A DNA stretch of 64,000 bases from a bacterium (lineage in GTDB: Bacteria > Acidobacteriota > Thermoanaerobaculia > Multivoradales > J023): assembly GCA_024226315.1 (NCBI GenBank), contig JAAELT010000366.1, positions 4,163 through 68,162 on the forward strand. Reading direction: 5' to 3'. Position 1 is the first letter of the stretch; each line of letters begins with the position of its first letter. A program made the translations under genes and the position numbers. Of this stretch, positions 1 to 9,720 are shown piece by piece. A model generated the notes under the pieces. The model did no database searches and was not told where the DNA came from. It saw only the letters and a list, made by a program, of their open reading frames with translations.

Positions 1-2
1 AA

Positions 3-365
3 GTAACTTTGAAGCGTGTTGGGCAGCAACTCTTTGAGTCAAAACTCAGTGCTAGCAACACCCTTGCCCAGAGTATTCTCACGCTCTGCAAATCCTTCGA
101 CTGGCAGCGGGCAATTGGTCGATGTGCGGATCTAGATCGCCATCTACGCGAATTGATGAGTTCTGGAAACCTTACCCCTCGCGAACATGGAGACGTCGCA
201 GGAGCAATCGACGATCTTTCTATCATACGCGAGGCAGTGGAGGGGAGGATCGATATGGAGTCGAAAACGCCTCTTCCTCTTAGGCAGAGAAGGACGCTGC
301 AAGGTGTTTCGACTTTGCTTACAAAGATCGAAATCCGCATTGCCAGTTCGCGGAGGGAAATCTAA
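3..365 (+). CDS. Hypothetical protein, C-terminal part (frame open to left window edge)
   Basis: No in-frame stop before position 9; stop overlaps the next ATG (TAATG at 363-367); AT-richer than the rest of the window. Confidence 0.6.
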   Translation, partial: VTLKRVGQQLFESKLSASNTLAQSILTLCKSFDWQRAIGRCADLDRHLRELMSSGNLTPREHGDVAGAIDDLSIIREAVEGRIDMESKTPLPLRQRRTLQGVSTLLTKIEIRIASSRREI

Positions 366-2953
366 TGGTTAAGCTGTCCTTTTTGGATGAGGTTCTTTCT
401 GCGACGCGTGATGGGGAAACGAGTTGGCATGTTACCGCCGCCGAGAATGCCTTCCGCGGGAGCTATAACGACTTCATTATTAGAGTTACAAAATCAACTA
501 TTCCATCTGAAGGGAATCGTTTTCTCGTTCACGTCAGAGATAGTAATGCCTTGCCGGTCGGGCAGCTGTCTGTCGGGCAAGCCGATCCTGGGTATGAGAC
601 CTTAGATTTGTTGTTCGATGAAGTATCTGCCAAGCTGTCAGCAGCAGCGACGACCGTAGGAGTCGTAGAGGCTCATGGGTTCGTAGAGTTGGCCAGCGAC
701 TGGCGCTTGCCTTCGATTCCGCCGCCGACCCGTGACTTCACCGGCCGCGCCGATGAGCTCGAGGAGCTGCTCAAGGCAGTCCGTGAGCATGGCGGAGCGA
801 TGGTCTACGGTGTCCGGGGTCTGGGAGGGGTCGGCAAGACGGAGCTCTGTCTCAAGCTTGTCGAACAGATGGGCACCGAGTACCCCGATGGTCACGTGTT
901 GGTTGAGCTGGACGGCGCAAGCGATCATCCTCTGAGCAGCGCAGAGGCGATGGCTCAGGTGATCCGCGCCTACGAGCCGGAGGTGCGGCTGCCCGAGTCG
1001 GAGGACGACCTGCGCCGGCTGTACCACCAAGTCTTGAAGGGCCGACGTGCCATTTTGCTACTGGACGACGCTGTTGGGGACGAGCAGGTGGAGCCGCTGC
1101 TGCCCCATACCGGCTGCTTGACGATAGTGACGTCGCGCCGGCGCTTCGCTTTGCCGAGGCTGCACAGGCTAGATCTTGACGCCTTGACCCTAGAGGAGGC
1201 CCAGGAGCTGCTGCTGAGCCTCGCGCCCCGGCTGGGTGCAGATGCGGATCAGATAGCGGAGCTGCTGGGCCGGCTGCCGCTGGCGCTGCGGCTGGCGGGT
1301 AGCGCTTTCGCCGAGCGGCCCGACCTTGAGCCCGGACGGTTCCTAGAGCGGCTCGAGCGCCGGGATGAACGCGTGGGGCTGGTGGAGGCTGCGGTCAGCT
1401 TCAACTACGAAGCCTTGGAGTCCGAATATCGGCGCCTTTGGAGGGCGCTGGCGGTGTTTCCCGTTGACTTCGACGTTGCTGGCGTCGCCGCCGTATGGGC
1501 GATGGAAGCGGACGCCGCAAGTGGAGTCCTCGGTGGCGCCCTGTACCCGGTGAGCCTAGTGGAGTGGCGCGGCGGGCGGTGGCGTCTTCACAGTTTGGCG
1601 TGCGACTTCGCCAGTAGCCGACTGACGGAGGAAGAACGGCATACTGCGGCTCGGCGGCACGCTGGCCATTACGTCGGGGTGCTGAGGGAGGCCGATCGGC
1701 TTTACAAAGAGGGCGGCGCCAGAATTCTAGAGGGCTTAGCGCTGTTCGACACGGAGTGGGGCAACATTCAGACAGGTCAATTCTGGGCGGCGGCGCACGC
1801 CGACAGCAATCGCGAGGCAGCAGAGCAATGCAATAGCTATCCGCATGCGGGCTTCTACTGTCTGAATCTGCGCCTCCATTCCGCCCAGTGGATCCGCTGG
1901 CTTGAGGCTGGCAGGTCTGCAGCTGCATCCCTTGGTGACCGGCGCCGCGAAGGAGGACATCTGAGCAATCTGGGTCTGGCCCACTATCGCCTTGGTAAGG
2001 TTCAGAAGGCGATCGACTTCTACGAGCGAGGGCTTGCTATCGACCGTGAGATCGGCGACCGGCGCGGCCAAGCTGACGCGCTAGGAAACCTCGGCGTGGT
2101 GTACGCCAACGTAGGGGAGGTGGAGAAGGCGATTGGCTACCTTGAGCAGGCGCTGGTCATCGCTCGCGAGATCAGCGACCGGCGCGGCGAGGGCAACACT
2201 CTGGGCAACCTGGGTAGCGCCTACGCAGTCCTCGGAGACGCTGAGAAGGCGATCGAATACTACGAGCAGCAGCGCGTCATCGCTCGCGAGATCGGCGACC
2301 GGCGCGGCGAGGGGACCTTTCTGGGCAACCTGGGCATGGCCTACGCCGATCTCGGGGAAATGAAGAAGACGATTAGTTACCTTGAGCAGGCGCTGCTCAT
2401 AGCTCGCGAGATTGGCGACCGGCGAGGCGAGGGCAACGTTGTGAACGGCCTGGGCTCAGCCTACATCCATCTGGGTGAGGTGGACAAGGCGATTGGTTAC
2501 CTTAAGCAGGCTTTGGTCATCGCTCGCGAGATTGGCGACCGGCGCGGCGAGGGCAACGCTTTGGGTAACCTGGGGCTGGCCTACAGGAACCTGGGGGAGG
2601 CGATGAAGGCGATCAGCTTCCACGAGCAAACATTGGTCATCGCTCGCGAGATCGACGACCGGCTCAGCGAAGGCAACGCCCTTGGTAGCCTAGGCCAGGC
2701 ATACGCCGCCCTAGGAGAGGTGGAGAAGGCGATCGATTTTTATAGGCAGCGGCTAGTGATCGCTCGCGAAATCGGCGACCGGCGCGGCGAGGGTATCGAT
2801 CTGAACAACCTAGGCGCGGCCTATGTCAGCTTGGGGGAAGTGGATAAAGCGATTCCGTTGCTGCAACAGGCGCTTGAAATCGGACGGGCAATCAAGAATC
2901 CGAAGATCATCAGAGTCACTTCACAGCAGCTCGCCCAACTACGAGATTCCTGA
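365..2953 (+). CDS. NLR-like STAND protein: unknown N-terminal domain + NB-ARC + TPR array
   Basis: Walker A GLGGVGKT, Walker B LLLLDDA, TIVTSR, GRLPLAL, LHSL(MHD-like), followed by about nine 40-aa TPR units (IGDRRGEG..LGNLG.AY). Confidence 0.92.
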   Translation: MVKLSFLDEVLSATRDGETSWHVTAAENAFRGSYNDFIIRVTKSTIPSEGNRFLVHVRDSNALPVGQLSVGQADPGYETLDLLFDEVSAKLSAAATTVGVVEAHGFVELASDWRLPSIPPPTRDFTGRADELEELLKAVREHGGAMVYGVRGLGGVGKTELCLKLVEQMGTEYPDGHVLVELDGASDHPLSSAEAMAQVIRAYEPEVRLPESEDDLRRLYHQVLKGRRAILLLDDAVGDEQVEPLLPHTGCLTIVTSRRRFALPRLHRLDLDALTLEEAQELLLSLAPRLGADADQIAELLGRLPLALRLAGSAFAERPDLEPGRFLERLERRDERVGLVEAAVSFNYEALESEYRRLWRALAVFPVDFDVAGVAAVWAMEADAASGVLGGALYPVSLVEWRGGRWRLHSLACDFASSRLTEEERHTAARRHAGHYVGVLREADRLYKEGGARILEGLALFDTEWGNIQTGQFWAAAHADSNREAAEQCNSYPHAGFYCLNLRLHSAQWIRWLEAGRSAAASLGDRRREGGHLSNLGLAHYRLGKVQKAIDFYERGLAIDREIGDRRGQADALGNLGVVYANVGEVEKAIGYLEQALVIAREISDRRGEGNTLGNLGSAYAVLGDAEKAIEYYEQQRVIAREIGDRRGEGTFLGNLGMAYADLGEMKKTISYLEQALLIAREIGDRRGEGNVVNGLGSAYIHLGEVDKAIGYLKQALVIAREIGDRRGEGNALGNLGLAYRNLGEAMKAISFHEQTLVIAREIDDRLSEGNALGSLGQAYAALGEVEKAIDFYRQRLVIAREIGDRRGEGIDLNNLGAAYVSLGEVDKAIPLLQQALEIGRAIKNPKIIRVTSQQLAQLRDS
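1921..2900 (+). repeat. 120-bp-period tandem repeats encoding TPR units
   Basis: cgctcgcgagat(c/t)ggcgaccggcg-like blocks recur at 2041, 2161, 2281, 2401, 2521, 2641 and 2761. Confidence 0.9.
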
Positions 2954-2972
2954 GTATAGGCGCTGCCCTGCA

Positions 2973-5741
2973 ATGAATGAGTACCTACTCCAGACGCTCT
3001 CGCCGGGCGGCTTCGAAGAGCTGGCCGTCAGGATCTGCCACGAGATTCTGGGCTTTGGCACCATCTCCTTCAGTTCCGGGCCGGACGGCGGCCGGGACGC
3101 GTTCTTCGAGGGCACCGCCCAACGCTACCCCAGCGAGGTCGAGCCATGGGCTGGGAAGTTCGTCATCCAGGCCAAGCACACCGAGAGAGCCGACGCGAGC
3201 TGCTCGGATTCTGACTTCACCAGGATCCTGAAGACTGAAGCTCCGAAGGTCGCTGCGTTGCGCCAAGCGGGCCGGTGCGACAACTACCTGCTCTTCACCA
3301 ACCGCAAGCTCGGGGCTGTCATCGAGGGGAAGCTCGTCAAGGAGCTGCGGCAGGAGACCGGAGTCGGCAATGTCGCGATCCTCGGCAGGGAGACGATCAC
3401 CAGCTACCTCGACGGCGCATCAGAGATCGCCGAGGCGATGGGACTCCAGGTATCACCCTTCGTGGCGGGGCTACCGTCGATCCCGCCGCCCACCCGTGAC
3501 TTCGCCGGCCGCACGGATGAGCTTGAGGAGCTGCGCAAGGCGGTCAGCGAGCATGGCGGAGCGATGATCTACGGCGTCCGGGGCCTTGGTGGGATCGGCA
3601 AGACGCAGCTCGGCCTCAAGCTGGTCGAGCTCGTGGGCGACGATTACCCCGACGGCCACATCCTGGTGGAGCTGGGCGGCGCGAGCGAGCACCCGATGAG
3701 CGCTGCGGATGCGATGGCCTCGGTGATCCGAGCCTACGAGCCGCAGGCGAAGCTGCCCGAGGCGGAGGAAGACCTGCACCGGCTGTACCACCAAGCGCTG
3801 AAGGACCGGCGGGTAATCCTGCTGCTGGACAACGCCGCCAGCGCTGAGCAAGTTGAGCCGGTGCTGCCCCACACCGGCTGCCTGACGCTGGTGACCTCGC
3901 GCAAGCGCTTCGCCTTGCCGAAGCTCCACCGGCTGGACCTCGACGCCCTGACGCCTGAGGCAGCCCGGGAGCTGCTGCTGAGCCTTGCGCCTCTGCTGGG
4001 TGACGAAGCGGAGCGGATCGCAGAGCTGCTGGGCCGGCTGCCTCTGGCGCTGCGGGTGGCAGGCGGCGCCTTCGCCGAGGATCCTTTCCTGGAGCCCGTG
4101 CAGTACGTTCACAAGCTTGAGGATCGGGACGAACGGGTGACCCTTGTTGAGGCAGCGATCGACTTCAACTACGGAGCCTTGGAGGCAGAGCTAAAGCAAC
4201 AGTGGCGGGCGCTAGCTATATTTCCAGGCGACTTCGACATTGCCGGCGTTGCCACCGTGTGGGCGGTGGAAGCCGACGCGGCAAGGAAAGTCCTCGGGAT
4301 TCTGTATCGGGCTGGCCTCGCGGAGAGGCGAGGCGGGCGCTGCCGCCTACATGATTTAGCCCGCGACTTCGCCGCCAGCCGTCTGCGGGATGGGGAACGG
4401 CGCACCGCGGCATTGCGGCATGCGGGTCACTACGTCGAAGTGCTAAGAGAGGCCGATCGGCTGTACACAGAGGGTGGCGACAGCATTCTGGAGGGCCTGG
4501 CTTTGTTCGACTTGGAGTGGGACAACCTCCGGGCCGGCCAGGCGTGGGCTCGTGCGAATGCCAACGTTGATCGCGAAGCCGCAGAGCACACCTACCTTTA
4601 TCCGACTGCTGGTGTTTTTTGTTTGTACCTACGCCTCCATCCCGCCGACTGGCGCCGCTGGCTGGAGGCTGCATACTCCGCAGCCGTAGCTCTTGACGAC
4701 CGGCGTGGTGAGGGAGTCGCTCTGGGCAACTTGGCCCTGACCTGCGCCGACCTAGGGGATGAAAGGAGGGCGATTAGTTACTGCAAGCAAGCACTCGTTA
4801 TCTATCGCGAGCTCGGGGAGCGCTGGAGCGAGGGCAACGCCCTGAACCACCTCGGTCTGTCCTATGCCCACCGCGGGGAGGAGGAGAAAGCAATTGGCTA
4901 CTACAAACAGGCACTCGCCGTGTCTCGACAGCTCGGGGATCGTCTCATTGAAAGTGCGGCACTTAGCTATCAGGGCCTAGCCTACGATCGCCTAGGCGAG
5001 GTCGGAAAAGCCGTTGCCTACTACGAGGGGGCGCTGGTTATTTCTCGTGAACTAGGGGACCGGCGGGGCGAGGCCGCACATCTAGGCAACTTAGGCTCCG
5101 CCTACCTTCAACTCGGGGATGTGGATAAAGGAATCGACCTCTGTGAGCAAGCGCTGGTCATTCTTCGAGGACTGGAGGACAGGCGGAGCGAGGGTGCTGC
5201 TGTGGGTACTTTGGGTCGGGCCTACGCCCAGATCGGCAAAGTGGACAAGGCGATCAAATACTTCAGGCAGGCGCTGGATGTTCATCGCGAGGTCGGTGAC
5301 GTTCGTAGCGAGGGCACTGCTCTAGACAACTTGGGCCGGGCCTACGTCGACTTGGGGGAGGTGGACGAGGCGCTGAGCTGCTTCGAACAGCAACTGGCCA
5401 TCTCTCAAGACATTGGGGATAAACGTGGCGAGGGCATTGCTCTCGGCAACCTAGGCTTGGCCTACAAGAACCGGGGAGAAACAAGAAGGGCGATCGGCTA
5501 TCTGAAGCAACAGCTGGCCATCGTATGTGAGATCGGCAACCGGCGCGCCGAGGCCAGCGCTCGGGGCAACCTGGGCTTAGCCTACGCTGACTTGGGGAAG
5601 ATGGACGAAGCGATCGCGCTCTTGGAGCAAGCGCTTGAGGTCGGGCAGGCGATCAAGAGTCCGGAGATCATCCAGATCACCTTAGGGCATCTTGAGCGGC
5701 TGCGGGATCCTGAGATTCAGCCGTCACTGGATGAGCGCTAG
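2973..5741 (+). CDS. NLR/Avs-like protein: Mrr-like restriction-endonuclease N-terminus + NB-ARC + TPR array
   Basis: N-terminal LSPGGFEEL...GPDGGRD...FVIQAKH (PD-(D/E)XK, Mrr-like); GLGGIGKT, LLLLDNA-type Walker B, LHDL; TPRs. Start moved to ATG 2973, after the upstream stop. Confidence 0.9.
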   Translation: MNEYLLQTLSPGGFEELAVRICHEILGFGTISFSSGPDGGRDAFFEGTAQRYPSEVEPWAGKFVIQAKHTERADASCSDSDFTRILKTEAPKVAALRQAGRCDNYLLFTNRKLGAVIEGKLVKELRQETGVGNVAILGRETITSYLDGASEIAEAMGLQVSPFVAGLPSIPPPTRDFAGRTDELEELRKAVSEHGGAMIYGVRGLGGIGKTQLGLKLVELVGDDYPDGHILVELGGASEHPMSAADAMASVIRAYEPQAKLPEAEEDLHRLYHQALKDRRVILLLDNAASAEQVEPVLPHTGCLTLVTSRKRFALPKLHRLDLDALTPEAARELLLSLAPLLGDEAERIAELLGRLPLALRVAGGAFAEDPFLEPVQYVHKLEDRDERVTLVEAAIDFNYGALEAELKQQWRALAIFPGDFDIAGVATVWAVEADAARKVLGILYRAGLAERRGGRCRLHDLARDFAASRLRDGERRTAALRHAGHYVEVLREADRLYTEGGDSILEGLALFDLEWDNLRAGQAWARANANVDREAAEHTYLYPTAGVFCLYLRLHPADWRRWLEAAYSAAVALDDRRGEGVALGNLALTCADLGDERRAISYCKQALVIYRELGERWSEGNALNHLGLSYAHRGEEEKAIGYYKQALAVSRQLGDRLIESAALSYQGLAYDRLGEVGKAVAYYEGALVISRELGDRRGEAAHLGNLGSAYLQLGDVDKGIDLCEQALVILRGLEDRRSEGAAVGTLGRAYAQIGKVDKAIKYFRQALDVHREVGDVRSEGTALDNLGRAYVDLGEVDEALSCFEQQLAISQDIGDKRGEGIALGNLGLAYKNRGETRRAIGYLKQQLAIVCEIGNRRAEASARGNLGLAYADLGKMDEAIALLEQALEVGQAIKSPEIIQITLGHLERLRDPEIQPSLDER

Positions 5742-5769
5742 AGTTCCTTGAACCCGGCACTATGAAGGT

Positions 5770-6363
5770 ATGGGACCCTCTACCCTACGCCTGATCCAAG
5801 GCAGCCACCCGGAGGTGAAGCTCGGTCCGCTGAAGGTGGTGGTCGCTTCACGAGAGCTGCCGCCGTTCGCGGTTCAGGCGGTGGTCGAAGAGGAAGATAC
5901 CTACCTGGTGCTGAGCGCCGCCCCGCAGGTGCGACCACCAAGGCAGCCCCTGATCCAGGTTCTGACCGAGGTACATGAGGCGGAACCCATCGTTCCTGGC
6001 AGCGTGGTCGTCCGCCACAGGCAGCCCCTCGCGCTCCTGGCCGTGGTGCATGACCTGGCGCGGGACCCCACCTGGAAGGAGACCTGGATCGCCGAGGCCC
6101 TCGACGGGGTGCTCCGAGAGGCGGAACAGAGGCGGCTCCGGTCGCTGGCTGTTCCAGTCCTGGGCACAGTCCACGGCAGGCTACCGTTGAGCAGGGGCCT
6201 CGAGCTGATCCGCCACGCTGTCAGGCGATCTGCACCGGAGTGCCTTGAACGGCTCTGGCTGGTAGTGCCGGAGCACACGTTGGGTTCGGTTGCGTCGGGG
6301 TTGAGGTTGGCGGAAGCGAGCGAGGATCTACCGGCCGAGCCACTCGAGCACCCGCCGCGGTAG
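5770..6363 (+). CDS. Macro-domain-like protein
   Basis: PGSVVV, ALDGVLREAEQRRLRSLAVPVLGT..G match the macrodomain C-terminal pattern; the N-terminal NAAN motif is absent. Confidence 0.65.
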   Translation: MGPSTLRLIQGSHPEVKLGPLKVVVASRELPPFAVQAVVEEEDTYLVLSAAPQVRPPRQPLIQVLTEVHEAEPIVPGSVVVRHRQPLALLAVVHDLARDPTWKETWIAEALDGVLREAEQRRLRSLAVPVLGTVHGRLPLSRGLELIRHAVRRSAPECLERLWLVVPEHTLGSVASGLRLAEASEDLPAEPLEHPPR

Positions 6364-6843
6364 AGCGTCACGGTTGCCGCGCGTCACCGTCCAGAGCTCC
6401 GCGCCTCGAAGCCCGCGGACCTCGCCGATGAAGCCGCCACCGCGCTCGGCGACGGTGATCACCAGCGGGATCGATGAGTCGAGCAACCGGCGCATGGCGG
6501 AGACGAACGCTGCCGAGTGGCACTCCATCTTCCCGACCTCATCGATCAGGAAGACCTCGGCATCCGCCGGCGCGGCCAGCGACCGCTCCACCAGCGCGTC
6601 GATCGCCGCCACGTCGACCCCGTAGCGGCTCACCCGTTCCGGGCCTGGGTGGTCGACATCGGCGATGCTGCGCGTCCAGCCGTCGAAGGTCACGGCGCGG
6701 AAGCTTCGGCGCCGGCCATGCTCGCGCACCTCTTCGGTGTAGAAGCCACCCAGGCGTTCGCGGCCGAGGGCCTCAGCCACCCTGCGGATGACGGTGGTCT
6801 TGCCCACTCCAGGCCGGCCGGTGATGAGGAGCACGGTGGTCAT
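6328..6843 (-). CDS. NTPase_1 (THEP1-like) nucleoside triphosphatase
   Basis: ITGRPGVGKTT, GGFYTEEVRE, YGVD, FLIDEVGKME. Confidence 0.92.
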   Translation of the reverse strand: MTTVLLITGRPGVGKTTVIRRVAEALGRERLGGFYTEEVREHGRRRSFRAVTFDGWTRSIADVDHPGPERVSRYGVDVAAIDALVERSLAAPADAEVFLIDEVGKMECHSAAFVSAMRRLLDSSIPLVITVAERGGGFIGEVRGLRGAELWTVTRGNRDALPRRVLEWLGR

Positions 6844-6973
6844 ACTGCCCAGCCTACCTTGGTCGGTCAGCCGAGCTCGCAGCGGCCGATGACGGTTTAC
6901 GGACGCCGAGAACGCTGCGTGCTTTCACCCCTTCTTGTCCCCAGTTTCCTCCGAGGCTGTACCATGAGCTGGC

Positions 6974-7330
6974 ATGTCGCACCTGAGCACGAAACAACTC
7001 GAAGACTTGCGTCTCCGCCTGCTCGACGCAAAATCGTCGGCGAAGATCCTCCTGGCTCAGGGCGCACCCGGCACGGAGCCGGTCGAGGCCAGCGGAAAGA
7101 CCATCGGGCGCCTGACTCGGATGGACGCGCTTCAGGTGCAGGCCATGGCGCAGATGAGCCGGCACCAACTCGATATCCGGCTGAAGCAGATCGAAGCGTC
7201 GCTCACCGAGTGGGAGGCCGGCAAGTATGGCGTCTGCCGCCATTGCAAAGGCTCGATTGGTGTCAAGCGACTGGAAGCGCTGCCGGAGGCGCCGTTTTGC
7301 CTCGCGTGTCAGGAGAGCTTCGAGGTCTGA
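6974..7330 (+). CDS. TraR/DksA C4-type zinc-finger protein
   Basis: IGRLTRMDALQ coiled-coil tip; YGVCRHC...RLEALPEAPFCLAC. Confidence 0.92.
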   Translation: MSHLSTKQLEDLRLRLLDAKSSAKILLAQGAPGTEPVEASGKTIGRLTRMDALQVQAMAQMSRHQLDIRLKQIEASLTEWEAGKYGVCRHCKGSIGVKRLEALPEAPFCLACQESFEV

Positions 7331-7459
7331 GAGGGAGAGAGAGAAGCAGCCGCGAGCGACTCCCCAGCGTTGGGATCCTCCGCATGCTCGCCCGGCGCCG
7401 ATGCCGCGAAGGTACTGTCTTGGGCAGCGTCGCGTTGAGGGTAACATCTGGCCGTTGCC

Positions 7460-7916
7460 ATGAAGACCGCAAAGATCCTTCTCGCAGCCGTCCTCCTTGC
7501 TGCCGCCGTCTATGCCTTCGGCCGCTTTTTTCTCTCCCAGCTCACCACCGGCGCCGTGTCCTCCGGGCCCCGCTGGGGTGATCCTGGCGCCGCCGCCCGA
7601 CGTCGTCATAGAGGAGCGCGGCGAGCTCGACCGGGCCCAGGCGGCGCGCGAGCTTGCCGGCGTGCTGGTTCGCCGCGGCGGCGAGCCTAGGCTGGGCATC
7701 CACTTCAGGAACGCCGGTCAGGAGCTCTATTGGATCGCTGATCGCAGCGAACCGGGAGCGCCGGTCCTCCTCGAGCGATCCGGCGGTGCCGCTGGGACCC
7801 GCCTTGAAACGCGTTGGCAGGGGGCGCTCGGCGAACGGCTGGCCTGGGCCGAGGAGCACGGGACCTTCGACGCGCCGGGCCTGCCACCCGGCGAGCGTCA
7901 GAATCTCTACCACTGA
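7460..7916 (+). pseudogene. Membrane-anchored hypothetical protein split by a 1-nt frameshift (or sequencing error)
   Basis: Signal-like MKTAKILLAAVLLAAAVY frame and a protein-like downstream frame join if one C is removed from gggccccgct at ~7565-7574. Confidence 0.55.
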
Positions 7917-8160
7917 GACCACTCCGATGGCGAGACGCTTGCACCACAAGCGGCGTCTTCAGGGGCGAGCGGGAGGTCGGCGCCCAAGCCTACTGCCGGT
8001 CAACCGCGGTACGGATAGTGGAGCGCTCGTAGCGGCCGGTGGTGGTTGAGAGTCGCCGAACGTCGAAATTCCCGTTACTACTCCGTTACTAGCTCAAGGG
8101 AAGCCTGGCGCTCCGCAGGTGAGCAGGAGCTACAAGTCATTTGATATCATCTACTTACGA

Positions 8161-8219
8161 TGGAGCCGACGGGCGGACTTGAACCGCCGACCTGCTGATT
8201 ACGAATCAGTTACTCTGCC
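8161..8219 (-). tRNA. tRNA-Thr(CGT) 3' fragment (att-like remnant, not a full gene)
   Basis: Reverse complement ...ctgatt-CGT-aatcagcaggtcggcggttcaagtccgcccgtcggctcca has the anticodon arm, T arm and CCA; the 5' acceptor strand is replaced by HNH coding sequence. Confidence 0.85.
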
Positions 8220-8623
8220 TCTGTTCCGTTGATCGCTCTCCAGGACACCTCATACCGCTCAGCGAGCTCGCCGAGGTCAATTCCGCGTTCCTCCTCAAAC
8301 GTCAGTCGACCCACATCATGGAATCGCAGGTGGCACTTCCGACACTGCGGGATCAGATCGTCCGCCGTTCCACCGGCACCGCGACTGGTGACGTGGCTCG
8401 GGTCCGAAGGCGCCGGCGCAGCGCATGTCGCGCAGCTCAGTCCGCGGATCCAGTCCGCCTTGGGACCAAACTGGCGCTCCCGAAGGCGAGCCAGGCGCTT
8501 CTCATTCCGCGGCGGGAGCGGACAGCGCCTGTCCGAGAGAGCACTGCTTGGCGATTGCGCCCGCAGCGGCGAGCGCCTGCGCAACCGTGCCTTGCGCTCA
8601 AGAGATGCCGTTCGCTTCATCAT
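8210..8623 (-). CDS. HNH/zinc-finger nuclease (DUF968-like)
   Basis: WIRGLSCATC...DPSHVTSRGAGG...LIPQCRKCH..FH. Confidence 0.8.
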   Translation of the reverse strand: MMKRTASLERKARLRRRSPLRAQSPSSALSDRRCPLPPRNEKRLARLRERQFGPKADWIRGLSCATCAAPAPSDPSHVTSRGAGGTADDLIPQCRKCHLRFHDVGRLTFEEERGIDLGELAERYEVSWRAINGTEAE

Positions 8624-8642
8624 GCCAGCAGGGAGCGGAGCC

Positions 8643-9248
8643 TTACCACTCCAGATCCCTCACCCCGGCCACATGCTCCCCGGCGCCAAGACCCCGGAGG
8701 TACTCGTCCGTCGTCGCCAGATTTCGATGCCCGAGCTGCCGCTGAATGTGCGGCAGCGCGACGCCCCTCCTCAGCAGATGCACGGCATGGCTGTGACGAA
8801 GACCATGGGGATGGATGCGCTTCTCGAGCGGACTCCGGTCTGCCAGCCGGTGGAGCATGAGCTGGACGTACCTCGGCGCCAGAGCCTTGACGCGGGGCTC
8901 ACCGCCCACCTTCGAGAACGTGCAGAAGACCGGCTGCCGGCCGTTGATCCCGAGACGCTCGCGCGTATCCATCCAGCGGGAAAGGTGAGCCTGAGCATGC
9001 ACGTTGATGCCGACGAGTCGCTGGCGGCCGCCTTTGCCACAGCGGACGTTGATCTCGCCCGCCTCGAGGTCGACGTCGCGGGGCGCGAGCGCCAGCGACT
9101 CGGCCAGGCGGATGCCTGAGAAATACAAGACGGCGATGAGCGCCCGGTTTCTGATTCCGCTGGGGGCACGGCTGCTGGCGGTGGCGATCAGCGTCTGGAC
9201 TTCATTGGGCGAGAGGATGTCGATGGGGCGGAGTCGTGGGCGGGGCAT
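8643..9248 (-). CDS. Short tyrosine recombinase (catalytic domain only, FimB/FimE-like size)
   Basis: SGIRLAE (R), GKGG (K), HPHGLRH (HxxR), LGH, TTDEY (Y); 201 aa, with no core-binding or arm-binding N-terminal domain. Confidence 0.93.
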   Translation of the reverse strand: MPRPRLRPIDILSPNEVQTLIATASSRAPSGIRNRALIAVLYFSGIRLAESLALAPRDVDLEAGEINVRCGKGGRQRLVGINVHAQAHLSRWMDTRERLGINGRQPVFCTFSKVGGEPRVKALAPRYVQLMLHRLADRSPLEKRIHPHGLRHSHAVHLLRRGVALPHIQRQLGHRNLATTDEYLRGLGAGEHVAGVRDLEW

Positions 9249-9300
9249 GGCGAGCTCTCCAGGATCGAGGGCAGTTCTCGAGAGGATCGGTGAGGCTCCT

Positions 9301-9520
9301 CTCCTGATCCGAGGGATCCGCAGGATCCCTTCACCGTAGACCTCACTCCACTCCTCTGGCGACCACCAGCCACCTGGCGCTCGTCGATCACCGCCGACGT
9401 TCCCCGCCGCCCCGCGCTCGTTCGCGTGAGGGAGCGCAGCGAATTCCCCACAGGCCGCGGAGCGGCCGAGGAGAAGAAGCGGAGAGCCCGACCCCGCGAA
9501 GCGGGGTCACGCCCAAATGC
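9301..9520 (-). repeat. Leading-region repeat copy 1 (full), upstream of the recombinase
   Basis: Core agggatcc-gca-ggatccct at 9312-9330; middle ctcctctggcgaccac..gctcgtcgatcaccgcc; distal gaggaga..agcggagagcccgaccccg..ggggtcacgcccaa. Confidence 0.9.
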
Positions 9521-9720
9521 CTCCGCTCCGCCCTCCCTCCCTCCACATCCCCCTCTTCCTGCTCCGCCTCGCGGTGCCGTCCCCCTACAACACCTAAGAG
9601 CCAAGAGACCCCTCCGCGGACCGGCCCCACCGAGATCCCGAGCGCGCGCAACGGAGGGCACGCCGAGAACCTCGCCTCCCGCACAGGACGTTGCTACCGT
9701 GGGCACTTGGTGACGGGCCG

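Noticed and set aside
1921-5700. Diversity-generating retroelement target in the TPR arrays
   Set aside because: No reverse transcriptase or template repeat in the window, and variation is not adenine-specific.
8161-8236. Complete tRNA-Thr gene
   Set aside because: The 5' acceptor strand and start of the D arm are missing; that sequence belongs to the HNH ORF.
8210-9248. Prophage (HNH + recombinase + ssb)
   Set aside because: No capsid, terminase, tail or lysis genes; the context is conjugative.
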